Assembly (NCBI GenBank): GCA_016699305.1
Contig: CP064970.1
Span: 389,647 to 453,646 of the forward strand
Source: Alphaproteobacteria bacterium
GTDB lineage: Bacteria > Pseudomonadota > Alphaproteobacteria > GCA-016699305
Direction of reading: 5' to 3'
Length of the DNA: 64,000 bases
The position numbers were made by a program, and so were the translations under genes. Position 1 is the first letter of the stretch. Every line of letters starts with the position of its first letter. Below the pieces are notes generated by a model that worked only from the letters and a program-made list of their open reading frames with translations, made no database searches and was not told the DNA's origin. Of the stretch, positions 53,641 to 63,191 are shown piece by piece.

Positions 53641-54090
53641 TCATAGAAAGTCGATCGCGTTTGCAGCCAGAATCAGGGTGACAGCCATAATGGGCAGCCA
53701 TAGCGGATAACGTCCGCGCCGCGCCATGATCACGAATAGGCTGGCGAATAAGGTCGCCGATAGCAGCAGCAGAGCGGCTTGCAGGGTTAGGCCGAAAATA
53801 GCCGCCAGGATCGCACCGCAAAGTCCCATTCCCAAATCGAACGCCAATGCCTCTATGCCAATGGAAGTATGGCAGGTACGGCAGCGGCCCTTAAAGATCA
53901 GCCAGGAATAAACGGGGATCAGGTCGCGTGAGGTCAGTTTCCGCGCGCAAGCGGGGCAGTAGGACGGCTTGACCAGAATATCCTCGCCCCGTGGCAGACG
54001 ATAAGCCAGCACTCCCGCAAAGCTGCCAAGGACAGAGCCCAGGGCGAACCCCGCCAGGAACAAAAAGATTGTGGGAAGCGATGCCATCAC
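53641..54090 (-). CDS. prepilin peptidase N-terminal-domain protein (tetra-Cys zinc module, no catalytic domain)
   Basis: 149 aa; CPAC...CRTC motif between TM helices as in PilD N-terminal region; too short to hold both catalytic Asp regions. Confidence 0.6.
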   Translation of the reverse strand: MMASLPTIFLFLAGFALGSVLGSFAGVLAYRLPRGEDILVKPSYCPACARKLTSRDLIPVYSWLIFKGRCRTCHTSIGIEALAFDLGMGLCGAILAAIFGLTLQAALLLLSATLFASLFVIMARRGRYPLWLPIMAVTLILAANAIDFL

Positions 54091-54137
54091 GATGCGGATT
54101 ATGGCTTAGCGGAAATTCACTAGCAAATGCCTATATT

Positions 54138-54959
54138 TTAGTGGCCAACCCATTCCGCGCCTCCGAAAATTACGTCCTCGCGGTTTACCACGGAACTGAG
54201 CGGCGGCATGTCCAATACTGCACACGCTGACCTCTCTACAATAAGCTCCGGATTCGTTCGTGCCTTATGTTTGGGGGGAAGGGAAATCAGTTCCTTTGCA
54301 CTAAAGGGGGCTGATACAATACGCCGCTGAACATATGCACCTCGCTTGAATAGGGTCGGGTAGTTGTTCCAGTTCACGTCTTTTGCATGAAGCATGTCGT
54401 GCTTCTGCTGGCTACTTTTTCCTATAAGGTCCTTGTGGCTATAATATGCGCTTGCTGCCATGCTCAAGCTGTTTTTAGTGGCGTCAATTTCGCGCCATAG
54501 GAAAACGTTAGCAGCTTCTGTGCGGTTTGGAACATTCCATACCCGCGCGTCGAATGTCGGCATTTTATCGGCGTATATCGGCATTCTCTCAAGAATTAAG
54601 CGATAGAATACCAAAGTTGCCTGCGCAGCAAGCTGACTTGTCATCTTGGCCACGCGCCCATCAAACCAAATTTGACTCTGGAAAGTGTCGCAGTGCCAAG
54701 TCAAGGTTATCTCGTCGCTTTGTGTATAGCCCATACATGCGCCGGTATCGCGAACAAGTGCTAATGTTGTGTCAACCATACATCCTGAAAACGTCGCATC
54801 GAATGGTCGGTCCATACCACGTGTGAAGTTGTGAAATGATCTACCGTCAATCCGTGCCATAGCAGGTAACATTGGCATCAAGCGCCGATTCGCCTCTATC
54901 CCCTCATACAGCTTCATTCTGTTGCCAAGAACGTCTTTTATTGTTCTAAGCTTAAGCAT
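54138..54959 (-). CDS. tRNA(His) guanylyltransferase Thg1-like protein (3'-5' nucleotidyltransferase)
   Basis: ARIDGRSFHNFTRG and GYTQSDEITL match Thg1 family palm-domain motifs; moderately lower GC. Confidence 0.7.
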   Translation of the reverse strand: MLKLRTIKDVLGNRMKLYEGIEANRRLMPMLPAMARIDGRSFHNFTRGMDRPFDATFSGCMVDTTLALVRDTGACMGYTQSDEITLTWHCDTFQSQIWFDGRVAKMTSQLAAQATLVFYRLILERMPIYADKMPTFDARVWNVPNRTEAANVFLWREIDATKNSLSMAASAYYSHKDLIGKSSQQKHDMLHAKDVNWNNYPTLFKRGAYVQRRIVSAPFSAKELISLPPKHKARTNPELIVERSACAVLDMPPLSSVVNREDVIFGGAEWVGH

Positions 54960-55213
54960 CTAGTTCTCCATTTGGTTCCACGCAGAATTGCCACAGAGCC
55001 CTTCCATAATTCAACATTCTGAATTGATTATTCACAAAATTTTGTATTCGTAAAGGTGATGACGGCATTTGTCTGCTAACAAGGTTACAATGGCCACAGA
55101 TGGCCCGACACCATCAGCATGCGTTAGATTATATATGCACAAGATGGAGCCGCGCACAGACGGCAATCATTCCTGCCGTGCCTATTGCTGGCGGAACATG
55201 TTAAGTTCGAAAA

Positions 55214-56248
55214 ATGATCGTCCTTGGAATCGAAACAAGCTGTGACGAAACCGCCGCCGCCGTGGTGGATGGTGATCGCCGCATTTGGGCCAATAGCCTG
55301 TTTTCGCAGGCCGCCGATCATGCGCGCCATGGCGGCGTGGTGCCCGAGGTGGCGGCGCGGGCGCATCTGGAGGTCTTGGACGGCCAGATTCGGGCGGCCA
55401 TGGAGCAGGCGGGAATTGCTTGGGACTCCCTGGACGCCATCGCGGCGACATGTGGCCCGGGCCTTATCGGCGGGGTGTTGGTGGGCGCGACGACCGGCAA
55501 AGCTTTGTCCTTGGCGTTGGGTAAGCCCTTTGTGGCCGTCAATCATCTGGAAGCCCATGTGCTGACCGCGCGTTTGTCGAATGACGTGCCTTTCCCTTAT
55601 CTGTGTCTGCTGGTCTCGGGCGGCCACTGCCAATTGATCGAGGTGGAAGGGATAGGGCTCTATCGCTGCCTTGGGACCACGCTGGACGATGCCTCGGGCG
55701 AAGCCTTTGATAAGGCCGCGCGTCTCTTGGGTCTGGGTTATCCTGGCGGACCGGCGATTGAAAAAGCGGCAATTGGCGGTGATCCGACACGTTTTGCTTT
55801 GCCGTGCCCGATGTTGGGACGGCCTGGATGCGATTTTTCGTTCTCGGGCCTTAAGACCGCCTTGCGTCTGGTGGTAGAGAAACTGCCTTACCCTTTAAGC
55901 GAAGCAGATCGCAAGGATGCGGCCGCCGCATTTCAGAACTGCGTGGCGCGCGCTTTGGCCGACCGTACCGCCCACGCCGCGGAGATCTTTTCTCAGCGTC
56001 ACGGCCCAGGCGGCACCTTGGTGGTCGCGGGGGGCGTGGCGGCCAATGGGGCCATTCGCGCGGCTTTGCAACAGATAGCCGAAAAAGCCGGCTTGAACTT
56101 TGTGGCACCGCCCGTGGCCTTATGCACGGATAACGCCGCCATGATAGCCTGGGTCGGTGTGGAGCGGCGGCGATTGGGGCTTAGCGATTCCTTGGATATT
56201 CAACCTCGACCGCGTTGGCCGCTTTCCGAACTAAAAGGTGCCGCCTGA
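55214..56248 (+). CDS. tsaD: tRNA N6-adenosine threonylcarbamoyltransferase
   Basis: MIVLGIETSCDETAAAVV, HLEAHV, Kae1/Gcp fold. Confidence 0.92.
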   Translation: MIVLGIETSCDETAAAVVDGDRRIWANSLFSQAADHARHGGVVPEVAARAHLEVLDGQIRAAMEQAGIAWDSLDAIAATCGPGLIGGVLVGATTGKALSLALGKPFVAVNHLEAHVLTARLSNDVPFPYLCLLVSGGHCQLIEVEGIGLYRCLGTTLDDASGEAFDKAARLLGLGYPGGPAIEKAAIGGDPTRFALPCPMLGRPGCDFSFSGLKTALRLVVEKLPYPLSEADRKDAAAAFQNCVARALADRTAHAAEIFSQRHGPGGTLVVAGGVAANGAIRAALQQIAEKAGLNFVAPPVALCTDNAAMIAWVGVERRRLGLSDSLDIQPRPRWPLSELKGAA

Positions 56249-56496
56249 TGTTTGACATCGGATTGTCAGAACTGATCCTGATTGCCGTGGTGGCCTTTGT
56301 GGTGCTGGGGCCGGAAGAGATGGTCCATACATTGCACCGTCTGGGGCGTTTGGTGGGCAGGGCGCAACGATGGGCGTATCATTCCACGCGCGAATGGCGC
56401 GATATGACGGGCATTCTTTCCCAAACCGATGATCCGCCGCCTCCTTCGCCCAAGCCCATTGAACCCCCCGCGCATGAGAAACGACATGACGGATAA
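56248..56496 (+). CDS. Sec-independent protein translocase TatA/TatB family protein
   Basis: MFDIGLSELILIAVVAFVVLGPEE signature; ATG overlaps tsaD stop (TGATG). Confidence 0.8.
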   Translation: MFDIGLSELILIAVVAFVVLGPEEMVHTLHRLGRLVGRAQRWAYHSTREWRDMTGILSQTDDPPPPSPKPIEPPAHEKRHDG

Positions 56497-57268
56497 CACG
56501 CCGATGCAAGAGGCCGAAGCCGACAAACAGCACATGACCCTTATCGGTCATTTGTATGAATTGCGCCGCCGCTTGTTATGGTCGTTGGTGGTGTGGGCCC
56601 TGGCCTTTGCGTTGGCCTATGTCTATGCGCGCGACATTTATTCTCTGTTGGTTCAGCCCTTGGCCGCCGCGATGGAGGGCGAGAATCGTCGCCTGATCTA
56701 TACCGGCCTTGCCGAGGCCTTCGTGACCTATGTGCGACTTGCGCTTTGGGTGTCCGGGATGGTCGCCGCGCCGTTCATCCTGGTGCAGACATGGCTGTTC
56801 ATCGTGCCGGGCCTTTATGAGAAAGAGCGCAAACTGGCAGCCGGGATGATGGCCTGCGCGCCGGTTCTTTTTGCCCTGGGCGCTTCCTTCGCCTATTTCG
56901 TCGTGATGCCCCTCGCATGGAAATTCTTTGTGGGTTTCGAGATAACCACCCCGCGCGTGGGCAGTCTGCCCGTGGAGCTTGAGGCCAGGGTCAGCGAATA
57001 TCTCGGTTTCGCGCTGGGCCTGATGATGGCGTTTGGATTGGTGTTCGAATTGCCGATTATCTTGCTGTCCTTGGTGCGCGTGGGGCTGGTGACGCCGCAG
57101 ACTTTGCGTAAAAATCGACGTGTCGCCATCGTCGCGGCCTTCGTCGTGGCGGCTGTTCTGACTCCTCCGGACGTGATTAGCCAGATCGCCCTGGCCATGC
57201 CGATCATCATTTTTTACGAATTGTCTATCCTGTTGGCGGGAATGGTGGCCCCGGTGCATAAGCCATGA
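56486..57268 (+). CDS. tatC: Sec-independent protein translocase TatC
   Basis: Six-TM TatC fold (LIGHLYELRRRL..., FIVPGLYEKERK); start chosen at MTDNTPMQ. Confidence 0.85.
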   Translation: MTDNTPMQEAEADKQHMTLIGHLYELRRRLLWSLVVWALAFALAYVYARDIYSLLVQPLAAAMEGENRRLIYTGLAEAFVTYVRLALWVSGMVAAPFILVQTWLFIVPGLYEKERKLAAGMMACAPVLFALGASFAYFVVMPLAWKFFVGFEITTPRVGSLPVELEARVSEYLGFALGLMMAFGLVFELPIILLSLVRVGLVTPQTLRKNRRVAIVAAFVVAAVLTPPDVISQIALAMPIIIFYELSILLAGMVAPVHKP

Positions 57269-57984
57269 AGGTCAGACTTTACGTCCATCATGACCTGTCC
57301 GAAGGTGCGAGCCTGCCGCTGGGCGAGACGCACGACCATTATCTGCGCCATGTGTTGCGCCGCCAGTTGAATGACACGGTTTTCCTGTTCAATGGCCGTG
57401 ACGGCGAATGGCAAAGCCATATTCATAGCTTGGATAAAAAGGGCGGCGCTCTGCTGGTGGAATCGCGCGCGCGTGAACAATCCGTGGCTGTGCCCCTCGG
57501 GCTTGCCTTTGCCCTTATCAAGCGTTCGCCCTGCGAATGGATGATCGAAAAAGCCAGCGAACTGGGTGTGACCGAGCTATGGCCCCTGACAATGCAGCGC
57601 AGCGCCGTTCATGACGCCAACATCGCCCGCCTGCAAGCCATCGCCACCGAGTCGGCGGAGCAATGCGGTCGCTTGGATGTTCCCGTGGTGCATCCTGTGC
57701 AGTCGTTGGAAAAGTTTCTAAAGACGGCGCCTACTGGCCAGAGCATCTTCTTTGCCGCCGAGTCAGGCCAGGCGCGCCCGTTGCGCGATGTTATGAATAT
57801 GCAGCCTGCTTTGTTTCTCATCGGTCCGGAAGGTGGATTTTCAGAGCAAGAACATGTGCTGCTGCGCCGGATTGATCAAGTCATCCCCATATCGTTAGGT
57901 CGGAATATTCTAAGGGCGGAAACGGCGGCATTGACGTGTCTGGCTCTGCGCTGCTGTGGGGACGATGGCATAAAAATTAAGTGA
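57265..57984 (+). CDS. rsmE: 16S rRNA (uracil1498-N3)-methyltransferase
   Basis: PUA-like N-terminus and SPOUT domain (LFLIGPEGGFSEQE). Confidence 0.8.
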   Translation: MKVRLYVHHDLSEGASLPLGETHDHYLRHVLRRQLNDTVFLFNGRDGEWQSHIHSLDKKGGALLVESRAREQSVAVPLGLAFALIKRSPCEWMIEKASELGVTELWPLTMQRSAVHDANIARLQAIATESAEQCGRLDVPVVHPVQSLEKFLKTAPTGQSIFFAAESGQARPLRDVMNMQPALFLIGPEGGFSEQEHVLLRRIDQVIPISLGRNILRAETAALTCLALRCCGDDGIKIK

Positions 57985-58098
57985 TACCAATAAGATGATA
58001 AAGAAAACCAGCCGAAACAAAGAATATGACTAAGGACGATTAACTAATTCTTGGTCAATTGCACCTAGTGTGATCGGGCGTAGCCTGGCTCTGTCAAG

Positions 58099-59865
58099 AT
58101 GGGTGCATTTGTGAGTCAATCAGTCACCGTAGATCATTCAGGGGAACATCTGGAAATCCCCAAACGCCAATTTCAATTGGCGCTGGCCGAGCAGGGCGTG
58201 CATGCGGCGAAGGGACGTCATTTCACAATTCCCGAGATATTGCAGCGCAATGGCTTTTATTCGTTGGTTCCTATCTCGAAGGAACGCAAATCCTCTAATG
58301 GCGCAGTGCGTGATGACTTGACGGCTCAAGGATTGCGTCTTTATGTTCCCGCATCCATGCAGACGGCTATGGGCATTTGTTTACTGGAATTACGCAAAGG
58401 CGTATTGCGTATTGCCGCCGGAGACCGAGTTTCAGACGACGATGTCGAAAATATCCGTCATGTGCTGCAGATATCCAGCCGTGATGTCAATCGGGTCGAA
58501 ATAGAACCCTGGGACCGCGCCGATCTTGCGCGACTGATGCGCGAACAGTCAGAGGTTCCCAGCGAACGCCTATTGCGCATCTTTAATGCACTATCCAAAG
58601 ATCCTGACGACGCCACGCTTGTTGAACAAGCCGTGAATGACATTCTGGCAGAAGCCTTGCAGTTGCGCAGTTCGGACATTCATTTGACCTTGCTGGAAGA
58701 AGACACGCGCTGCTGGATTCGTTACCGTGTGGATGGCGATATCATGTATCGCCATTTACTGCCGCATTCCGTGATGGCTCCTATTGCCACGCGCATCAAG
58801 ACTGACGCCAAGATGGACGCCGCTGATCGTCAGCACCCTCAAGATGGTCGTCTTGGCTGTGACTGGCAGGGCCACAATATCGACGTGCGCGTAGCCTGTC
58901 TGCCTATTGCTCCTGCGGGCGAGAAATTGACCTTGCGCCTTCTGGATCGAGAAAATCTGCGCACATTTAATGAGCTGTTCGCCTATACGCCCAATGTCGC
59001 GCAGCGTCTGCGTAGAGCATTGCACGGGCATGTGAAGGATGGCGGCATCATCATCGTTAGCGGTCCGACTGGCTCGGGAAAATCCACGACGCTTTATGGC
59101 GTCATTCAAGAAATCGACCGCTCGGCACGGGCCGTGTATTCCATCGAAGCGCCCGTTGAATACGAAATGCCGCTGGTGGATCAGACGTCTGTGACGGATA
59201 ATTCGGCCAATACGATCGCCGATATGATCCGCGCTTTGATGCGACACGACCCCGATGTGATCATCATCGGTGAAATGCGCGATGGCGACACGGTGGAAGC
59301 CGCGCTGCGTGCAACGGAATCAGGGCATCTTGTGGTCACCACCTTGCACGCCGTGGATGCCATTCATACCATCGACCGCATTGACGGTTTCTTAGCCTCC
59401 AGCTATCGCACCAGCGGCCTATATATTCTAGGCCATGCGCTTGTGGCCAGCATTTCGCAGCGGCTGATCAAGACAGTATGCCCAGCCTGCCATGAAATGG
59501 TATCTGCCGGAGAAGTATTCGAGAACGATGCGGAAGTTCTGTCGATCCTGGAAATGAATGCAGCCGACAAGGTGGCGCGCGCGCATCCAGGTGGTTGTGA
59601 CCTGTGTAACCATACTGGATTTTTGGGTAGAGCCTTGCTGCTCGAGGCCTTGTTTCCTCCCGACGACCATGCAGGACGCCGATCATTTACGGAGATGATC
59701 CTGGCTAATGTGACGAGTTCGGTTACAGATATCCCCGGCACTCTATTCATTCCCCGCAGCCGATCAATTGCCGATCTGATGCAGCGTCAGGTGGTGGATG
59801 CAAACATGGCATCAAGCTTGTTGTTCGAAGAAATGTCATCCAAGAGGACTCGTGAATCGTCATGA
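58099..59865 (+). CDS. GspE/PilB-family secretion/pilus assembly ATPase with atypical N-terminal region
   Basis: Walker A GPTGSGKST, Walker B IIIGEMRD, His box TTLHA, tetra-Cys CPAC...CDLC; first ~270 aa not recognisable. Confidence 0.85.
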   Translation: MGAFVSQSVTVDHSGEHLEIPKRQFQLALAEQGVHAAKGRHFTIPEILQRNGFYSLVPISKERKSSNGAVRDDLTAQGLRLYVPASMQTAMGICLLELRKGVLRIAAGDRVSDDDVENIRHVLQISSRDVNRVEIEPWDRADLARLMREQSEVPSERLLRIFNALSKDPDDATLVEQAVNDILAEALQLRSSDIHLTLLEEDTRCWIRYRVDGDIMYRHLLPHSVMAPIATRIKTDAKMDAADRQHPQDGRLGCDWQGHNIDVRVACLPIAPAGEKLTLRLLDRENLRTFNELFAYTPNVAQRLRRALHGHVKDGGIIIVSGPTGSGKSTTLYGVIQEIDRSARAVYSIEAPVEYEMPLVDQTSVTDNSANTIADMIRALMRHDPDVIIIGEMRDGDTVEAALRATESGHLVVTTLHAVDAIHTIDRIDGFLASSYRTSGLYILGHALVASISQRLIKTVCPACHEMVSAGEVFENDAEVLSILEMNAADKVARAHPGGCDLCNHTGFLGRALLLEALFPPDDHAGRRSFTEMILANVTSSVTDIPGTLFIPRSRSIADLMQRQVVDANMASSLLFEEMSSKRTRESS

Positions 59866-61088
59866 AACTTTGGCATGCCAAATATGCTACGGTATTACCC
59901 AGCGGCCTGGTGAAGGTCGACGAGGAAGACTATTACCTTCCCACCATGAACGATGTTCGAAGGCAATTGCGTACCCATGGTCATTGGCCCATTCGCATCG
60001 AGCAGCGTCGCAAGCCGCTGTTGGAATGGATGGATGTGCGTACGCGGGCTTGGCAGTTGCAGTTGTTGCGTGCCCTACGCTTTCAGACAACAACAACCTC
60101 TGCCGGCACCGCTCTGCTTAATATTATCGAGAACGAAAGCGATGCTCGCCGCCGTGTGGCTTTTCTTCCAACCCGTACCGTGCTGAAAGGCGGCGGCGCG
60201 TTCGCCTCGGCACTTAAGGAATTGCATCTGTTCGATGCGGCCACGCTTGCTATCATCCTAGCAGGCGAACGCGGCGGCGATCTGAAAGGCGTTATTAATC
60301 ATGCCATTCAGCATATCGAAGAGAAGGGGCATCAGATTAAGGCGTTTACGGGCGCATTGGGCTGGCTGATGTTTGATATCATCTCCGTGATCGGCTCTCT
60401 CTGGGGCGCTCAATACGGATTCATTCCGTATCTACGTGACGCTGGAATCAAATCTGAAGATGCGGCTGCCGTTGAGAAATTTACTAAATCCTTGAACCTA
60501 GCGGCCACAGTCAATGGCTGTTTGATGTGGCTGTCTACCCTTGTCAGCATCGGTGCCGCCTGGGTGGTTTATTCCTTCTGGATGAACCGCCATAAAACGG
60601 ACCACTTGGCTGCCCGAATCATGACGCGGGTACCGTTCTTCAGCGCATATTTGCAGAATAGCTCTTTCCATGACACGGGAAAACTGATGGCGCGACTGCT
60701 GCGTGGGCGTGTGCCATTGGACGAGTCGATCCAGATCCTGGTGGGTTCATCGGTTGAGCCGAGTGTCAGAGATTACTGGTCGGGTTGCCACCGGCGCATT
60801 ATGGCCGGTGCGGATCCCATGCGAGCCATGGCACGTCATCCACTGAACAAGGCGGAACGCGACCATATGGCGAAGATTCAGTCTGTAGACCAGCTGGCGG
60901 AAGTGTTTGAAGCCATCGCCACCGAACGTCAGTTGGCTGCTAAGGATGATCAACGTCGAATCATTCTTATGGGCATTATGGCCTTAGTATTTTTGTTCAC
61001 AGCGGTCGTACTAACCATGATTTATCTACTGACCTTGCAAAACCAGGGCCTTAATGAGAGCCTTAAGGGCATGCGAGGAGGCAGCTAA
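59862..61088 (+). CDS. GspF/PilC-like inner-membrane platform protein
   Basis: 408 aa, three predicted TM segments arranged as in T2SS-F proteins; 4-nt overlap with the ATPase gene. Confidence 0.6.
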   Translation: MKLWHAKYATVLPSGLVKVDEEDYYLPTMNDVRRQLRTHGHWPIRIEQRRKPLLEWMDVRTRAWQLQLLRALRFQTTTTSAGTALLNIIENESDARRRVAFLPTRTVLKGGGAFASALKELHLFDAATLAIILAGERGGDLKGVINHAIQHIEEKGHQIKAFTGALGWLMFDIISVIGSLWGAQYGFIPYLRDAGIKSEDAAAVEKFTKSLNLAATVNGCLMWLSTLVSIGAAWVVYSFWMNRHKTDHLAARIMTRVPFFSAYLQNSSFHDTGKLMARLLRGRVPLDESIQILVGSSVEPSVRDYWSGCHRRIMAGADPMRAMARHPLNKAERDHMAKIQSVDQLAEVFEAIATERQLAAKDDQRRIILMGIMALVFLFTAVVLTMIYLLTLQNQGLNESLKGMRGGS

Positions 61089-62101
61089 TGTGGGGTCTGG
61101 ACGGATTCTTGCAACAAAAAACTCATAGTCAGGAAACAAGCCTGGCTGTGGGAGAGGCAAGCTTACCTAAAGAAATATCGCTGACGACGATTGAAGCGCG
61201 TGAGGCATTCTTGCCGGCAGGCTTGACGGGAGGATGTTGCCCCTATGTGGATGGCGAAGCGGAAGTCATCGCCTGGCATGCGGCGGCAGAGGCGTGCGAC
61301 AGTGAACGCTTGCACCTTGTTTGGACCGTTTACGAGAGCCATGTCTGGTATCTTGCCGTGCCGTCCGCCGATTTGTCGTCGCATCCGGATAGTTGGTGTC
61401 CTTTGGTGGCCTTTCTGCCTGGAATGCCGCAGGCATCAGAAGGCGCAGGAACATACATTTATGGTGATGTCGAAACCTCCGCCTTGATGGCGTTGTCTTC
61501 CAACAGTTTAACGATTCATCGCGGCACACCCGCCGTGTTGAAGGCCAAGGCCGAGAAGGTCAGTCGTGAACTCGGCGGAGTGCCGCTTGTTGAGTTGACC
61601 GAGGAACGTTTGTTGCAGTTACGCCCAGTGGCCTGGAAATCCCTGTCGTTGATCGAAGACACAAGTCGTCGTTGGTTGACCCGCATGGCAATTTTTTGCG
61701 GCTTAGGCGTTGCGACTGTCGCATTGGGTATCTCTCTGCTGGCCGGAAGCGCCTTGCTATTCAGTCAACGTGAATTAGCAGAGACCAAAGAGAACACACG
61801 GAAACTATCTCAGGAATTGCTGTTGAATGCACATAACGCAGCCATCAACCCACTGCGTAATCAAGTGGCCGATTTCGTTGATCTGAACCAATCCCTGGTT
61901 AATCTGGGATCGTGGCTTAAGCGCTATGAGATTAAGGCGGGCAAGTTGCGCTGGGTGGCCATGGTACCGCTAAGCGTCACTGCTGACCGCATTCGTGCGA
62001 TTGGCGGCTATGTCCTGGAAATAACGCCAGAGGGGGCCATTGTTGGTAACCAAGGGGAAGTAGAGGCGCGCGAAAAAGAGCGTCAAGGGAGCAAATCATG
62101 A
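61088..62101 (+). CDS. hypothetical bitopic membrane protein (possible GspL/PilM-N-like assembly component)
   Basis: Cytoplasmic ~190 aa, one TM (IFCGLGVATVALGISLLAGSALLF), periplasmic coiled-coil region; translationally coupled in operon. Confidence 0.4.
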   Translation: MWGLDGFLQQKTHSQETSLAVGEASLPKEISLTTIEAREAFLPAGLTGGCCPYVDGEAEVIAWHAAAEACDSERLHLVWTVYESHVWYLAVPSADLSSHPDSWCPLVAFLPGMPQASEGAGTYIYGDVETSALMALSSNSLTIHRGTPAVLKAKAEKVSRELGGVPLVELTEERLLQLRPVAWKSLSLIEDTSRRWLTRMAIFCGLGVATVALGISLLAGSALLFSQRELAETKENTRKLSQELLLNAHNAAINPLRNQVADFVDLNQSLVNLGSWLKRYEIKAGKLRWVAMVPLSVTADRIRAIGGYVLEITPEGAIVGNQGEVEAREKERQGSKS

Positions 62102-62616
62102 ATACCACCGCCGAAAATGGAAATTTCCATAAGATGATTCTGCCGAATCATCTGAAGGTTACCTCGATGGTGGCCTTAGATAGAGCGACCATGATGTTGT
62201 TGATAACGGTGTGGCTGGCCGCATTGCTGATGGTAGGCATGGCAGTCTTTACTACCGGCATGGCTTTTGAAACCATGAGGCAATCTCACGAGGCAAAAGC
62301 TATTATTCCGATTGTCCCTTCAATCCGCTCGGCGGCAGCGAATTCAGACCAGGTTAAAGAAATAGGGAAAAGGATTGAAAAAATGTTCACCGGCATTAAG
62401 ACTGAGGCGTCTTCGAACACTCTAAGAATATTTACCGGAAGTGCCGATATGTACATGAGTTGGGTGACATCCCTAGGCTATGTGGATGTCATTCAGCGGG
62501 ATGTGCGCTGGTCCATTCGGGACATGTGCGTGGGAAGCGAATGCTCGGGTAGTCAGAGCAGCCTGATGTCAGCGCTTTTGATCGCTGAAAGTTTCACCTT
62601 CGAGGAGAAACAATGA
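62098..62616 (+). CDS. hypothetical N-terminally anchored periplasmic protein (possible GspM/PilO-like)
   Basis: Single N-terminal TM (MMLLITVWLAALLMVGMAVF) then ~130-aa domain; lower GC; last gene of operon. Confidence 0.4.
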   Translation: MNTTAENGNFHKMILPNHLKVTSMVALDRATMMLLITVWLAALLMVGMAVFTTGMAFETMRQSHEAKAIIPIVPSIRSAAANSDQVKEIGKRIEKMFTGIKTEASSNTLRIFTGSADMYMSWVTSLGYVDVIQRDVRWSIRDMCVGSECSGSQSSLMSALLIAESFTFEEKQ

Positions 62617-62682
62617 GACTTGGTTCTGTCAGACCCCCTAACATGCAGCCATGAACGACTAATTGAATGATGATTTACAACA

Positions 62683-62708
62683 CAAAAAGGGCCGGTCAAC
62701 GACCGGCC
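62683..62708 (-). terminator. rho-independent terminator downstream of DUF465 gene
   Basis: Perfect 9-bp GC stem GGGCCGGTC-AAC-GACCGGCCC, followed on the minus strand by TTTTT. Confidence 0.6.
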
Positions 62709-62732
62709 CTCGCTGTAGGTGGGCAGATACAT

Positions 62733-62945
62733 TTAAGCGATACGTCTTCGCTGTTGATCAAGTGCGTCTTGATTAGAGATCATACGCTGCATGCTGGCGA
62801 TAAGGTCTTTCAGTGAAAGTTTGCGGTGTTTAAGACTTGCAACCAGGTTCTGGTCCGACCATGGACGGGCCAGCTCCACCGCAAGGCGGGCATCCACCTT
62901 GGCATGTTGCCGCTTGAGTGATTGAAGACGCTGTACGATTGGCAT
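62733..62945 (-). CDS. DUF465 (YdcH-like) family small protein
   Basis: LKRQHAKVDARLAVE...LKHRKLSLKDLIASM pattern typical of DUF465; start set at MPIVQRL. Confidence 0.65.
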   Translation of the reverse strand: MPIVQRLQSLKRQHAKVDARLAVELARPWSDQNLVASLKHRKLSLKDLIASMQRMISNQDALDQQRRRIA

Positions 62946-63191
62946 TTTCCGGCCCCCCTCTTGCTGGTTTAGGTGCAATCAACGGGATGACAGTGCGCCA
63001 TGCTCCTTACACGAAGCATGTGGGAACATACTAGCCGATTTTAGGTCTAGGATCAGCAAGAATCTTTTTGCACTGACACATGAGGCCATACGGCCTCCAT
63101 CAACACGAATATTCGCTTATCAATCAAAAATATCTTAGACTGCCGACCACACGGAACTATCCGCTTTGCATAGCTACAAGCGAGGTTCGAT

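Noticed and set aside
56576-57259. 227-aa minus-strand ORF
   Set aside because: Antisense shadow of tatC; His/Arg/Gln-rich low-complexity translation
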